In this document: positions 23,870 to 34,979 of the stretch, piece by piece
Layout: each line of letters opens with the position of its first letter
Position numbering within the stretch: position 1 is the first letter of the stretch
NCBI GenBank assembly: GCA_963777955.1
Contig: CAVZSQ010000022.1
Span: forward strand, 896,001 to 960,000
From: Calditrichia bacterium
GTDB taxonomy: Bacteria; Calditrichota; Calditrichia; JAJRVZ01
Reading direction: 5' to 3'
Length of the DNA: 64,000 bases
The notes under the pieces: generated by a model
What the model was told of the DNA's origin: nothing
What the model saw: only the letters and a program-made list of their open reading frames with translations
The model's database searches: none
Made by a program: the position numbers and the translations under genes

Positions 23870-25934
23870 TTACCTGAGCAATATCATTTTTTTAACTTGA
23901 TCCATTTCACCAGCCTGAATTCTATAGAAATAAATTCCGGTACTTATAGAATTCGCATTCCATTTGATTTTATGCTCACCGGCTGTTTGATGTTCGTTTA
24001 TCAGGGTGCTAATTACTCTACCGGTGATATCGTAAACGATCAGTTTGACGAATTCTTGCTGTGGCAAGGTGTATGATATTGTTGTCGCTGGATTAAATGG
24101 GTTCGGATAGTTCTGGGCCAGTTCGAATTTCCCGGCAATCTGAACAAATGGATTATCAATAGCGGTCAGTTCATTATATAATTGCATCAACGATACATAA
24201 AACATTTGAAATTTTTCGTTGCAGAACAAATAGTCCACAGTCAGGGTTGTTTCCTGAAAATCGCGATTGCTGATTGCGAACCGTAAAGTCAATAATGTGT
24301 CTTCGGTCAGGTTCAAGGCAGTTTCACCTGCAGAAACGATGCGTATTTTACCATTGTTGATCTTGAATTCTTTTAAATAATTGCTCATGGTATCCGACCA
24401 GCTAATTTCCTGGAAAATCATGTATTCCGGGTTATAGGTCAACTGCATTTCCAGAGAGTAAATATTACTGCCGGTCAGCAGCATGGGAATTTCGACAACA
24501 GGTTCATACAGATATCCTGTCCACGGTAATATAATATCAGCTTCGACATTATAAGGAATGCCACTGGCATTAAAGGGTAAAGTATCGATTGAACCGGCCA
24601 AATACTGCAGGATCAGCGAGGCATCGAGAGCGGAAACCGTCGGATCAGTACTGGTATAGGCATTATAAATCTGACAAGTATCAAGATCAATCGTGCCGAC
24701 CAGATATTTAAGAATCTGTGTGGCATCAACCGTCTGTATTTCCCCGTTCTGATCCACGTCGCCAACTGCAATATCGCAATAAAGGATACGAATGTTTCCA
24801 TCCCTTTTAATAACCGGTATAGATCCATTGTCAAATATTATATCTTTTAATTGTACCGGCACATCTTTCGCAGTAATACTCTCGGGGATTTTGAATTTCA
24901 ACCATAACAGGATGCCATCCCCTGAGATAGTTTGAGTTCCGGCAGTGTTGATAGACAATAAAGTATCGGTTGCATATATTTCTATCTCCCAACCCGCTGC
25001 TCCGATTAAGCTTCCTTCCGTGTATACATCGCTAAATTCTAAATCGTCCTGAAATCCTTTAACATATGCTTGCATAGAATTAAAAGTGCTGTCCAGTGGG
25101 AAATGAACCCGCAGCGGGACTAGGAGGGTATCATCGGCAAGTGCCAGCAGTGAGTCAATAATAACGCTGGTATAAATCTGATTTTTTGGATTATTTGCAC
25201 TCCAGGTTGCATTATAGATATAGCCGTCATAATTATTAGCACTTCCATCATAAGTAATCAGCCCCTCTCCTTCATTAAACTGCCAGCAGCCGATCAGGCC
25301 ATCCGCCAACGCTGGATCCTGGTCGTGGTTCATCCAGTATTGGATCTCTACTGGAGAAAGCGCCCGGTTATAAAGCCAGATATCATCCATATAACCATTA
25401 AAATTCGCACCAAGCCAGGCGTGCCAGTCATTATGTTGAATAGAATCTCCACTGCCGGAATATATACTCCCCACCTCTATTCCATTGACGAATAAATTCA
25501 TAGCCGTTTCACCTCTCACCACGCAGGCGACATGCATCCATTGATTGATGCTTAACAATAGATCTTCTCCGACTATGGAACGCCGATTCCCGTAAGCGTG
25601 CCCCCCACCATCGCTGTACGAAAAAACCAGCACGCAACTATCCAGGTAAGTCAGCTCCGTCTGCGGCAAATCGTCCGAGTGCTAAATTGAAACCCCAGTA
25701 ATCAGGAACAGGGGGAATGGGGCGGGGATAGTCTGTATGAAAGATAATCTGGGCGTGGTCCTGTGCTGAGAAATTAATCCAGGCAGTTATCGTGTAAGGA
25801 ACCTTTACGTCATTTAAAACATTCCCCAGATCGACACAATCATCATCACCGTCGAAATGTAACGAATAGTTTTGCGCATTTAAACCGGTCGTTAATAAAC
25901 CCACCACACCTATAAAAAATATGATGTTTTTCAT
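23870..25934 (-). CDS. Secreted LamG/ConA-like + cohesin + dockerin + cohesin-like + C-terminal secretion (T9SS-A/FlgD-like) domain protein (frameshift near 25655)
   Basis: Signal peptide; SLHFDGDDD, W.HVA, F.G.MD....YNRALS; dockerin GDVDQNG....DA..IL.Y..G / SALDASLILQY; C-terminal LAQNYPNPFNP...STGIYFY...KKMILLR. Confidence 0.8.
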
Positions 25935-26069
25935 GCCTGACTCCGTTCATATATTGTAGTTAACAGAGATAGGTAAATACTTATATATAATATAATACTT
26001 TTAAGGCCCGATCAGCATATAAAATTAATCTAATTTTAACGGATCAGTTCCAGGGTATGTTTGCGCGCT

Positions 26070-28028
26070 TCAGATGTAAACTTCAAGTGTCTGCTCAGGA
26101 GATTTAAAACTATCCGTTTCGATGTACATTTTATCCCATATGGCCAGACCTACAACAATCCATAGAAAATTATAATGCCAGCGAAGTCTTGGGTGGGGAG
26201 GGTAATCGAGAATCCTGCGGATGTATTTATAATTGAAAATACCCTGCTGTTCAATAAATTGACGGGTTAAGATTCGTTCCGCAACATTTTTCAGGTCTTT
26301 CTTAAACTGTTCATAGGGATTTACCGTAAAGCCCCATTTCTTTTTATGCAATATCTGCGGAGGTAAATAAGGTTGCATGGCTTTACGGAAAAGATATTTA
26401 GTATGGTTATGTTTCATTTTCAGGGCAGCGGGCAGGGTGAACATGTATTCCACCAGGTCCTTATCCAAAAAGGGCACCCGCAGTTCGACCGAGTGGGCCA
26501 TGGACATACGGTCATCAACCAGCAGATAGTCATTTACCATTTTGCTGTGAAATTCCACGACGCTGACCGCATCCAGGGCCGGCACGCCTGCGGCGGCCAG
26601 CACTCCAAACAGTGGATCAAAATAACTATGCACCGGCCGAAGGTTTTCGGTCGCGAAATCAGGATGATAGATTTCTTTATAAAATTTACGGTCATAGTCC
26701 CAGCAGTTACGTAAAATCAGGTAAAATTTTTCAAGATCACCGGTCGACAGTAACATCTGCATGCCGCGCCGGTATTCATCGAAACGCAACAAACCTGATT
26801 TATTCTGGATGGTAAACAAGAACCTGCTAACCGGCTCCAAACAGGCGCGCTGAAATTTCTGCGGTACATGATTCAGCAGTGCCTGAACCCGCCGGATGTA
26901 TTTATTAATGTCGTAACCCAAAAACAATTCATCCCCGCCCAGACCCCCTAAGACCACTTTGTGCCCCGAAGAAACAAAGCGGGACATGTTGAAACCCTGT
27001 AATAAATTGATCTTCGGTTCCTCGGCATACCAGATCACTTCGGGGAATTGCCGTAACGGTTCGAAAGACAGGGAAGTGGTATGATGTGTGGTATGGAAAT
27101 GGCGGGCAATCATTGCCGCATCAGGAAACTCATCGGTCTCTTCGTTAAAACCGAGGGTAAAAGTGTTGATCGGGGATACATTCAACTGGGACATGATGGC
27201 CACAATGGCCGAGGAGTCCATACCGCCGGAAAGATAGACACCGATGGGCACATCGCTCAGCAATTGCCGGTTAATAGCGGTTTTCAGATGACTGCGGATG
27301 GATTCAATGGCTTCGGCCTCTGTAACGGACTCATTTATGTTTACCGGAAGTTGATAGTAACGTTCGATGCTGATGCGGTTATTTTCATAAAGCAGATAAT
27401 GTGCCGGAGGCAATCGAAAGATATCTTTGAATAGTGTTTCATCCCCCTGGGTGAAGCGCAGATTGATCTGGCAATGCAAAGCATTAAAATTAATGCGCCG
27501 CTGAACATCGGGATGAAGCAAAATTGCTTTTTGTTCCGAGGCAAATACCAGCGTCCGGCCATCAAACCAGTAATGCAGCGGTTTTACACCAAACTGGTCG
27601 CGTACCAGAATAAGACGGTTCCTGATTAAATCGTACAAGGCGAAGGCGAAAATACCGTTCAATTCTTTTAAAAAACCGAGGCCATATTCTTCATAACCAT
27701 GCACCAGAATCTCGGTATCCGCTGCAGTATAGAATTGGTGACCCCGGGCCAGCAGTTTTTTCTTTATGTCTTTAAAATTATATATTTCCCCGTTAAATAT
27801 TACCACTACGCTGCGGTCTTCGTTAAAAATAGGCTGGTCACCGGTTACCAGATCAATGATGCATAATCTGCGATGACCCAGGCATACATTGCGCTGCTGG
27901 TATAGGCCGGACTTCTCCGGACCGCGATGGGCCAGGATGTCGCACATGGCTGTCACCAGTTTGGACGACGAGTCCTGTAGTTTGGACGAGTCCTGCTGAT
28001 TACCGATAATTCCGCAAATTCCGCACAT
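26070..28028 (-). CDS. asnB: Asparagine synthase-like glutamine amidotransferase (probably glycan amidation)
   Basis: N-terminal MCGICG, HRGP, LGHRRL.IIDL, FNGEIYN, LSGGMDSS, R.PFLD. Confidence 0.93.
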   Translation of the reverse strand: MCGICGIIGNQQDSSKLQDSSSKLVTAMCDILAHRGPEKSGLYQQRNVCLGHRRLCIIDLVTGDQPIFNEDRSVVVIFNGEIYNFKDIKKKLLARGHQFYTAADTEILVHGYEEYGLGFLKELNGIFAFALYDLIRNRLILVRDQFGVKPLHYWFDGRTLVFASEQKAILLHPDVQRRINFNALHCQINLRFTQGDETLFKDIFRLPPAHYLLYENNRISIERYYQLPVNINESVTEAEAIESIRSHLKTAINRQLLSDVPIGVYLSGGMDSSAIVAIMSQLNVSPINTFTLGFNEETDEFPDAAMIARHFHTTHHTTSLSFEPLRQFPEVIWYAEEPKINLLQGFNMSRFVSSGHKVVLGGLGGDELFLGYDINKYIRRVQALLNHVPQKFQRACLEPVSRFLFTIQNKSGLLRFDEYRRGMQMLLSTGDLEKFYLILRNCWDYDRKFYKEIYHPDFATENLRPVHSYFDPLFGVLAAAGVPALDAVSVVEFHSKMVNDYLLVDDRMSMAHSVELRVPFLDKDLVEYMFTLPAALKMKHNHTKYLFRKAMQPYLPPQILHKKKWGFTVNPYEQFKKDLKNVAERILTRQFIEQQGIFNYKYIRRILDYPPHPRLRWHYNFLWIVVGLAIWDKMYIETDSFKSPEQTLEVYI

Positions 28029-29318
28029 TAATTTGTTACCTGAAGTACGTTATTAAAGACATTGACCAAATCTCCCGTCAGGTTTTTGCGGGAGTACTTT
28101 TTTATTTCTTCAATATTGGATTTAAAAGGTTCCTTTTTCAGCCATAATTCGTACCGCTGCCTGATTATCCCGGTCAGATCGTCCTGATAATCGAAGATCC
28201 GGCCGCTGGAGGTTTCTTTCAGAAATTGAGTCTGCCTCCCCATCCCCGGGCCCGAGAGCCAGGATATAATTATAAGAACGGGCATATTCAAATAATTTTC
28301 CGGTCAGCATTCCCTTGTTCCCGGCGGATTCATGAATTACCAGTAATAAAATTTCGGAATTGACCATGTGCTGCAAGGCCTGCAGATGCGGTACATAGGG
28401 ATTGAAGTTGACCAGCGGGAGTAATTGCAATTCTTCTATTCTATCTTTTACTTTCTGGTTGACAAATCCATAAAAAGAAAATTCAATATTGTTCTTAATC
28501 TCCGGTTTTAAATTAACCAGGGCCGACAACATGTTGGAAATATTGCGGGTCTCGGAAAGGTTGCCGGTATACTTTATTCTGAATTTAGTACCAGGCGTTT
28601 TATGTATACCGCTGTAATCTTCCTCGTCGTACCCATTCGTAATTTTAAAATAATAGTTATCAACCTGTTGCCTGAATGTATCGATGTATTGCTGATTAAC
28701 GCAGGTAATGGCGTCGGCATGCCGTAATACACTTTTTTCCAGGCGGCGATCAATAGCGGCAGCCAGAACATTACGCCGATGACCTTCATAGGTCAATACA
28801 TCGGTCCAGGGATCTCTGAAATCGGCTATCCATTTTATCCCTGATTTTTTAGCCAGGCGGTTCGCAATGACCTGCACGGTATGCGGAGGGGATGAGGTGA
28901 AGATCAGATCGATATGTTCATTCTTAATTATTTTCAAGCCCTCCTTCACCGCCGAAGGTATCCAGCCCATCCTGGAATCCGGAATAAAAAGGTTGATGCG
29001 CACCCAGCGCGAGATAATATCTTTAAAATTATTTTTAGCATCGAATACATAATCCGGTATTCTTTCATCGCTTTTCCGCCCGGTAAACTTTTTATATATA
29101 CCGAACGGTTCGAAGGATTTGCTTCTATAAACATGGCAATCCGCAGGTATATCCTGTTCCAGACTGGGATCAATTACCGGGTAATTCCCGTTTTGCACGG
29201 TCAGGATAACCGGCTGCCAGCCGAAGTGGGGCAGATACTTGGCAAATTTAAGCACCCGATAGATACCGGCACCTCCTCCGGGAGGCCAGTAATAGGTAAC
29301 GATCAAAACCTTTTTCAT
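28028..29318 (-). CDS. Glycosyltransferase family 4 (frameshift near 28225)
   Basis: YYWPP.GG.G..R..KF.KYL, ADFRDPW, GKLFEY. Confidence 0.88.
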
Positions 29319-30082
29319 TATTTTACTGCTTTGATGATGATATGCCAGCCCCAGATTTGCCCGAGCTTCTTATGCGCATACAACGGTAGCAAATCCCAGA
29401 CGATACCAAAACCGGTGGTCATAAAATATTTTATATCAAGTTCAACTCTGGCAAAACTCCGGAATAAAATATTAATCCCGGATTTGGTGTATGTTCTTTC
29501 AATGGGACAGCGATCGTTGCGGTGGCCATCGAAAGGCTGGTTAAGCAGGCGGTGAATGAGATAATTGAAAGAGCGCCGGTGATAGAGCATGATCACCGCC
29601 AGGCCTCCCGGTTTTAAAACACGGCGAACCTCTGCGACCGCCCTGCCGGTATCGGGTGTGTGATGTAAGACTCCGAAGGAGTAAACGATATCAAAAGAAT
29701 TGTCGCCAAAGGGCAGATTTTCCGCATCACCGGTTTTAAGTTGGGCCTGCGTATTATAAAGTTGAAAGCGGCGCTGAGCCAATTCGATGCCGGCTTCAGT
29801 CAGATCGATTCCGGTTACCCGCAGACCACGACGGGCCAGTTGCAGCAAATCGGTGCCCATACTGCAGCCAATCTCCAGCACTGTGCCTCCTGGTTTAGCA
29901 GCTGCTATGGAATCGAATAACTCCGGCAGGTAATAATGATATTTATAGCGTACCCTTTCGGCCTCCTCGAAAAACGCCTTTGAACCGGTTTCATCCGTCC
30001 TGATAAACTCAGTCTGACAGACGTTTCTATTCCAAAAATCTTTTACATCCCCCAAGGTAGGTTGCTTAGTTGCTGATTTCAT
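29318..30082 (-). CDS. Class I SAM-dependent methyltransferase
   Basis: VLEIGCSMG, DAENLPF.D.SFD.VYS.GVLHH, RVLKPGG. Confidence 0.9.
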   Translation of the reverse strand: MKSATKQPTLGDVKDFWNRNVCQTEFIRTDETGSKAFFEEAERVRYKYHYYLPELFDSIAAAKPGGTVLEIGCSMGTDLLQLARRGLRVTGIDLTEAGIELAQRRFQLYNTQAQLKTGDAENLPFGDNSFDIVYSFGVLHHTPDTGRAVAEVRRVLKPGGLAVIMLYHRRSFNYLIHRLLNQPFDGHRNDRCPIERTYTKSGINILFRSFARVELDIKYFMTTGFGIVWDLLPLYAHKKLGQIWGWHIIIKAVK

Positions 30083-31322
30083 TATCTCTCCTGATCATCG
30101 CGCTCAGTGCCCGGGCCATCCAGGCATTGCTCCAATGCATTATGGTAAATCTTTTTTTAAAAAACCTGGTTCGCTGGTAATAGAAAAAACCATCCTGTTT
30201 ATGCTGCATATGATCAATAGCCCAGTCAGCGATCCGCCGGGCAAACAACAAATACTTTTCATCCAGGTGCACTGCGTGCACTGCTTTCAAAAAAGTCAGG
30301 ATGCCCTGGGCCGAACCATGTACATCGAGCGGGTAGATTTTGTTGTTCATCCATTTTGGCGCTCCGTCCGGCAGGAATAAATACTGGTAATAATAATCGA
30401 GACCGCGCAGATAATTAGGCATATAGGAGTTGTCGCCTGTATTCCGGGAATAATCCAGGATGGCATCCAGGATGTAGCCGGTGTGGTAATTATCATGCAT
30501 CTTCAGACGGTTAGCCCCGGCCGGGTGGGTATAAAACCAGGCACCATAATCGGTCTGTTTATCCACAACGTAGTGCAGCAATTTCTTTGCTTCCTGCAGC
30601 AAGAGTGAATCGTCAAGTATTTTTCCCAGGCGGGCCAGCAGGGCCGCGCATAAAGCGCTGACATCCATCACCACCCAATTGATCCGCTGATCCGGTACAT
30701 AACTGAGACATTTCATCGCATCGTCTTCATATAATATTTTTGGATCTTTCAAAATAAAATCTGCCGAACTCCTGGCGATCTGCAGATAACTTTCATCCCG
30801 GCAAAGCTCGTAACCATCCAGGAAAGCGGTAGCGACAAAGTAAGTCACAATCCGGTTGGGCAGATGCGCCGGGGCATAAAATCCCACATCCTGCCAGGGA
30901 TACTGGTAACCCCAGCACATACCGGAGAATCCCCGGGAATGGTTTAAACGCAGCCAGTCCAGAAGTTGTTTCGCCTGATCCAGATATTCAGGGCTCGGTC
31001 TGGCCCGGTACAGATCCATGAAAGTCGAGGCAAATAAGGCGGTTCCCTTTGGATTCCTGGTTTTGGGAATAAAAAAAAGCGGGCGAATATTCAGCGGTGA
31101 GCGCATGATCGCCTGGCTGTAAATCAAACGCAGGTATTTATTCTGCAAGGAAAGCAAGGAGAGAACAGGGCTATCCAGGGCATCATATTTATTGTAACCG
31201 GCGAAGTCGTTATTACTCGCATAGATTAAAGTTTTTAATAATGCCTGCTCGTATTTATGATAAGCAGTATCATTATTCTGCGCTGAATTTTTCATTTCAT
31301 CCGCTGTGTGCTGCTTCGACAT
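30066..31322 (-). CDS. Conserved glycan-cluster protein, probable (alpha/alpha)6 six-hairpin glycosidase-like fold
   Basis: G...YD.L.SP, NPKG.ALF, WGY.YPW, Q...G.W.Y, DNYHTG, G.FYY motifs; Trp/Tyr-rich helical repeats. Confidence 0.6.
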   Translation of the reverse strand: MSKQHTADEMKNSAQNNDTAYHKYEQALLKTLIYASNNDFAGYNKYDALDSPVLSLLSLQNKYLRLIYSQAIMRSPLNIRPLFFIPKTRNPKGTALFASTFMDLYRARPSPEYLDQAKQLLDWLRLNHSRGFSGMCWGYQYPWQDVGFYAPAHLPNRIVTYFVATAFLDGYELCRDESYLQIARSSADFILKDPKILYEDDAMKCLSYVPDQRINWVVMDVSALCAALLARLGKILDDSLLLQEAKKLLHYVVDKQTDYGAWFYTHPAGANRLKMHDNYHTGYILDAILDYSRNTGDNSYMPNYLRGLDYYYQYLFLPDGAPKWMNNKIYPLDVHGSAQGILTFLKAVHAVHLDEKYLLFARRIADWAIDHMQHKQDGFFYYQRTRFFKKRFTIMHWSNAWMARALSAMIRRDNEISN

Positions 31323-33837
31323 TTATTGACTTTTACTCCGGCGCAAAAACAGACTCCAGGCGTATTTAAAACCCGGAACTGCAATGGCAACATAAATCAG
31401 CAGGAGTGCAATCCAGGCATAGCGGACATCGCGGTAGTAAGAATCCGGTGCAAAACGCAGATCGATGCGGTGGTTGCCTGCGGGAACAATAATTGATTGC
31501 ATGGCATGATTGGTCCGGTAAATTTTTTCCACCGGTTTCTGGTCGACGGAGATTTTCCAGCCGGGCGGATAAAAACACTCCGAAATAACAAACAGCGCCG
31601 CCTGACTGGTATATACTTCATAACTGGAAGCATTGGGTGTAAAATTGGTCATGCGGCTATTGCTGCTGTCAGGCTTGCTGATGGCAGCGTGCAAGATCCT
31701 CGTCAAGCAAGGCTACCGTTTCCGGATGGAAACCGGCTGTATTCATATATTGCAGCCTTTCCCGTTCATCCCTGATCACTTTATATTCAGCGGTGAAGAA
31801 ACCGCGGGGCAGGTAATCTTTAAACAGGTACGTGTTCAATCCGGCAGCAGCATCAGTTTGTACCAGACTCAAGACAGGATGATCAATTTTTTGCTGGGTG
31901 ATTACATATTTGGCGTTAAGAACTTTAAGTATGTTCCAGTTTATGGGTGTCAGGCCATCGACCGCTGTGGTTAAATTATTTTCAATCAATTCTTCGATTG
32001 CCACCATTTTTATCGGGTCATAGCCGCCAATGGTCTGATGGTAATAGGCCCAGCGGTTATCGGCAAATAACCGGCCGGCCGGAAAGATCCTGCAGATCTC
32101 GCTATCCTGATTCAGGAATTTATCTGTATCCGTGAGCCGGAAGTATTGTTTTTCAACGACTGCGGATTTACTGAACTCTTTCTGATAGCGGCTCTGAATC
32201 GAGGCCATATCAACCAAGGAAATCAAAGCAATAGTGCCGGCCAGCAGCACAAATTTTATCCGCCGGGTCAGATAAAGCAAAATACCGGTACAACAGAGGA
32301 TTAAAAGTACAAAGTAGCGCAGCAGATCATCATTGAAAAACTCCTGGCGGAATTTTATTACCAGTTCCTGAATTTGCGGCTCGTAAGTTTCTCCGGCTTT
32401 TATAAAAGAAAAATTATAACCGGCGATCCAGATCACTGCACCCAGCAGCAGGAATCCGGCACAGATCAGCAGGACATTCCGATGTGCTTTCAGTGTTTTG
32501 GCCAGATCGAGTTCTGACAACGATTTGAGTCCGTATGCGGCAAAAATACTGACGATGAAAGAAGTAATGGTCACGCTCATCATCGGTGCGCGGAATTTAT
32601 TGAAATAGGGAATATAATCATAAAATAAACTATAGAATGATTGAAAGTGTTGACCAAAGGAGAGTAAAATATAATAGACCGTTACGATCAATAAACTGAT
32701 TATCAATGGTTTTTTACGAAAAGCGAAGATCCCCAGGATTGCCAACAACAGGGTGATCACCCCCATATACTCGTAACTCTGTGTAAACGGCATAGTGCCC
32801 CAGTAACCGGGAACCTGCCGGTTGCGTAACTGCGGGACAGCGTCCCCTTCATATTTTTCACCGGACATGCCGCCGTAAAAGCGCGGGATGATCCAGGTAA
32901 GCAGTTCAGCAGGATGAGTTGACCACTGAGTGGCATATTCCATGGTCACCCCGTCTCCGCTGGTCATATTAGGTTGTGCCTGGCTGGTCGACAAATCAAT
33001 GCTGGTTTTTCCCCGTTTGGAATAGGGTAAGTATTCCCTGGCCAGGAATAACGGTTGGGCAGCCATCAGCAGACCAAGAAAAACGGCGATGAAAAGATAC
33101 AGGCTGGATTGGGCCAGGCGGCGATACCTTTTCTTTAACAGATCCTGCAACAGAGGATAAATCCCGGTAGCCAGAATCAGGACGCCGGTGTAAAATATTA
33201 TCTGGTAATGCTGGGTGCGGATCTGACAACCAAAGGCCAGGGCAAACATAGCAGCAGTAAAAAGGGTACGTTTGTCCAGAAAATAAATGAAGGATAAAAA
33301 AACCCAGGGCACGAACATGATCGCCCTGAATTTCGCAAAGTGGCCTTCCAGATAAAGAGATTTATAATGAGGCATCAGGATAAAGATCAGTGTGGCTATA
33401 AAACTGATCAAAGGGGACATTTTTAAATAGCGCAGCAAGGCGTACATACCGACGGCAGCCAATAAATAATAGAGAAAAATGGAATTAACTAATTTGCCCA
33501 GCAGGTTGATCAGGGTATCTACCGAGAAAGTTTCGGGACCCAGGATATGGTAGATGGGCATACCGGAAAAAACATATGGATTCCACAAGGCCGTTTCGCC
33601 GGTCTTATTTTTATATTCGGTAATCTGATGTTTCGCTCCCCGGTTGGCGATCGAATCCGATCCCTCGGGTGATAATCCGTCCAGTACCATCGGTTTTAAC
33701 AGGATGATCAGAATGATGGTCAGTATAACCAGGAACAGTATATCCTGCGTGGTGTTATTTAAACTAAATGCGAAGACAGGTTTTTTCGTCTGGGATTTGA
33801 TCTTTTTGGAATTTGGAATTTGTCTGACTTTAGTCAT
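31323..33837 (-). CDS. YfhO-family (GT-C-like) membrane protein (frameshift near 31690)
   Basis: LWNPY.FSGMP, H.QI.FY, FNKFRAP, GGY, and C-terminal SE.FYPPGW...VD / I.VPAG.H. Confidence 0.85.
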
Positions 33838-33845
33838 ACCTATCC

Positions 33846-34890
33846 TCATTTATAATATGTTTTGGTGAATCCCACTTTTTCTTCTTTACCCAGGATCACC
33901 CTGCGGAAATAGTTGTTGATAAAACCCAGTCCATAACCTATAACCTGGGCGGGCATAATCAGCGGCAACAGCAGTGCTGGTCTTATTTCGCCGTACTTCC
34001 TGGCTGCATCGAACATGGAGTAGAGTATGATCAGCAGCAGAAGTGCCAGTCCGCATAACAACAGAATACGGAACTGTGAGAAAAAAATCGGCCAGCAGGC
34101 AGGTACATATGAAAATCAGCGTCAGCAGTGCAGGTATCACGTGCAGTGGTTCCAGCATCGAGTTATCGATTTTATACAGATTAACCCTGGCCACGCCCCA
34201 ATTGAAAACCTGGCGATAAAAACGTCGTAACGAGGTTCTGCGTTTATGATATACGAATGCCTCGGCGATATAGATCACCCGCGCGCCGCTTTTGATGATA
34301 CGATTACTGAACTCGATATCCTGGCCATGGCGCAGCGATCCAAAACCGCCGATTTTTTGCCACAACTCCCGGCTTAAGCCCATGTTAAATGACCGTGGAT
34401 AGAATTTTGCCAATTTTTTACCCCTGCGGCCGCGCAGACCACCGGTGCTTATAAACGAGGTCATGGAATAGTTAATAGCCTTGAGTAACGGCGAAAAATC
34501 CTGATGGTAGGAATCCGGCCCGCCGCAGGCCTCGGCATGCTGCTGGTTAATCTGAATATCGATCTCCTTTAACCAGTGCGCAGGAACATAGCAGTCGGAA
34601 TCAATGAACAGAAAAAAATCCCCTTTAGCCTGTTTCATACCGGTATTGCGGGCTGCACCAGGTCCCATATTCTTCTGGGTATAAAAATTGAAATTGAAGC
34701 CGGCCTGCTTTCTGAATTCTTGCAGAAAGGGTAAAGTCTGATCGCTGGAGCCGTCATCGACAACGATCACTTCAAATTTTTCCCGCGGGAAATCCAGTGT
34801 TTTCATAGAAGCTAACAATTCGACCAGTTCTTCCTGGCGATTAAAAGAAGGGACGATTATTGAATAATTAATATAGTGCCGGTCATTCAT
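33846..34890 (-). CDS. Glycosyltransferase family 2 with C-terminal TM segments (frameshift near 34080)
   Basis: SIIVP.FNR, VVDDGSSD, GPG.ARN.G, FIDSD, QV..WG.AR. Confidence 0.9.
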
Positions 34891-34979
34891 ATTTTTCTGA
34901 ATTTAGGAAAAGACTTAAAGTCATGAAATAATAAAGATTTAAAAGATTGAATTTATACATATTAAATTTACCGGAGTCA

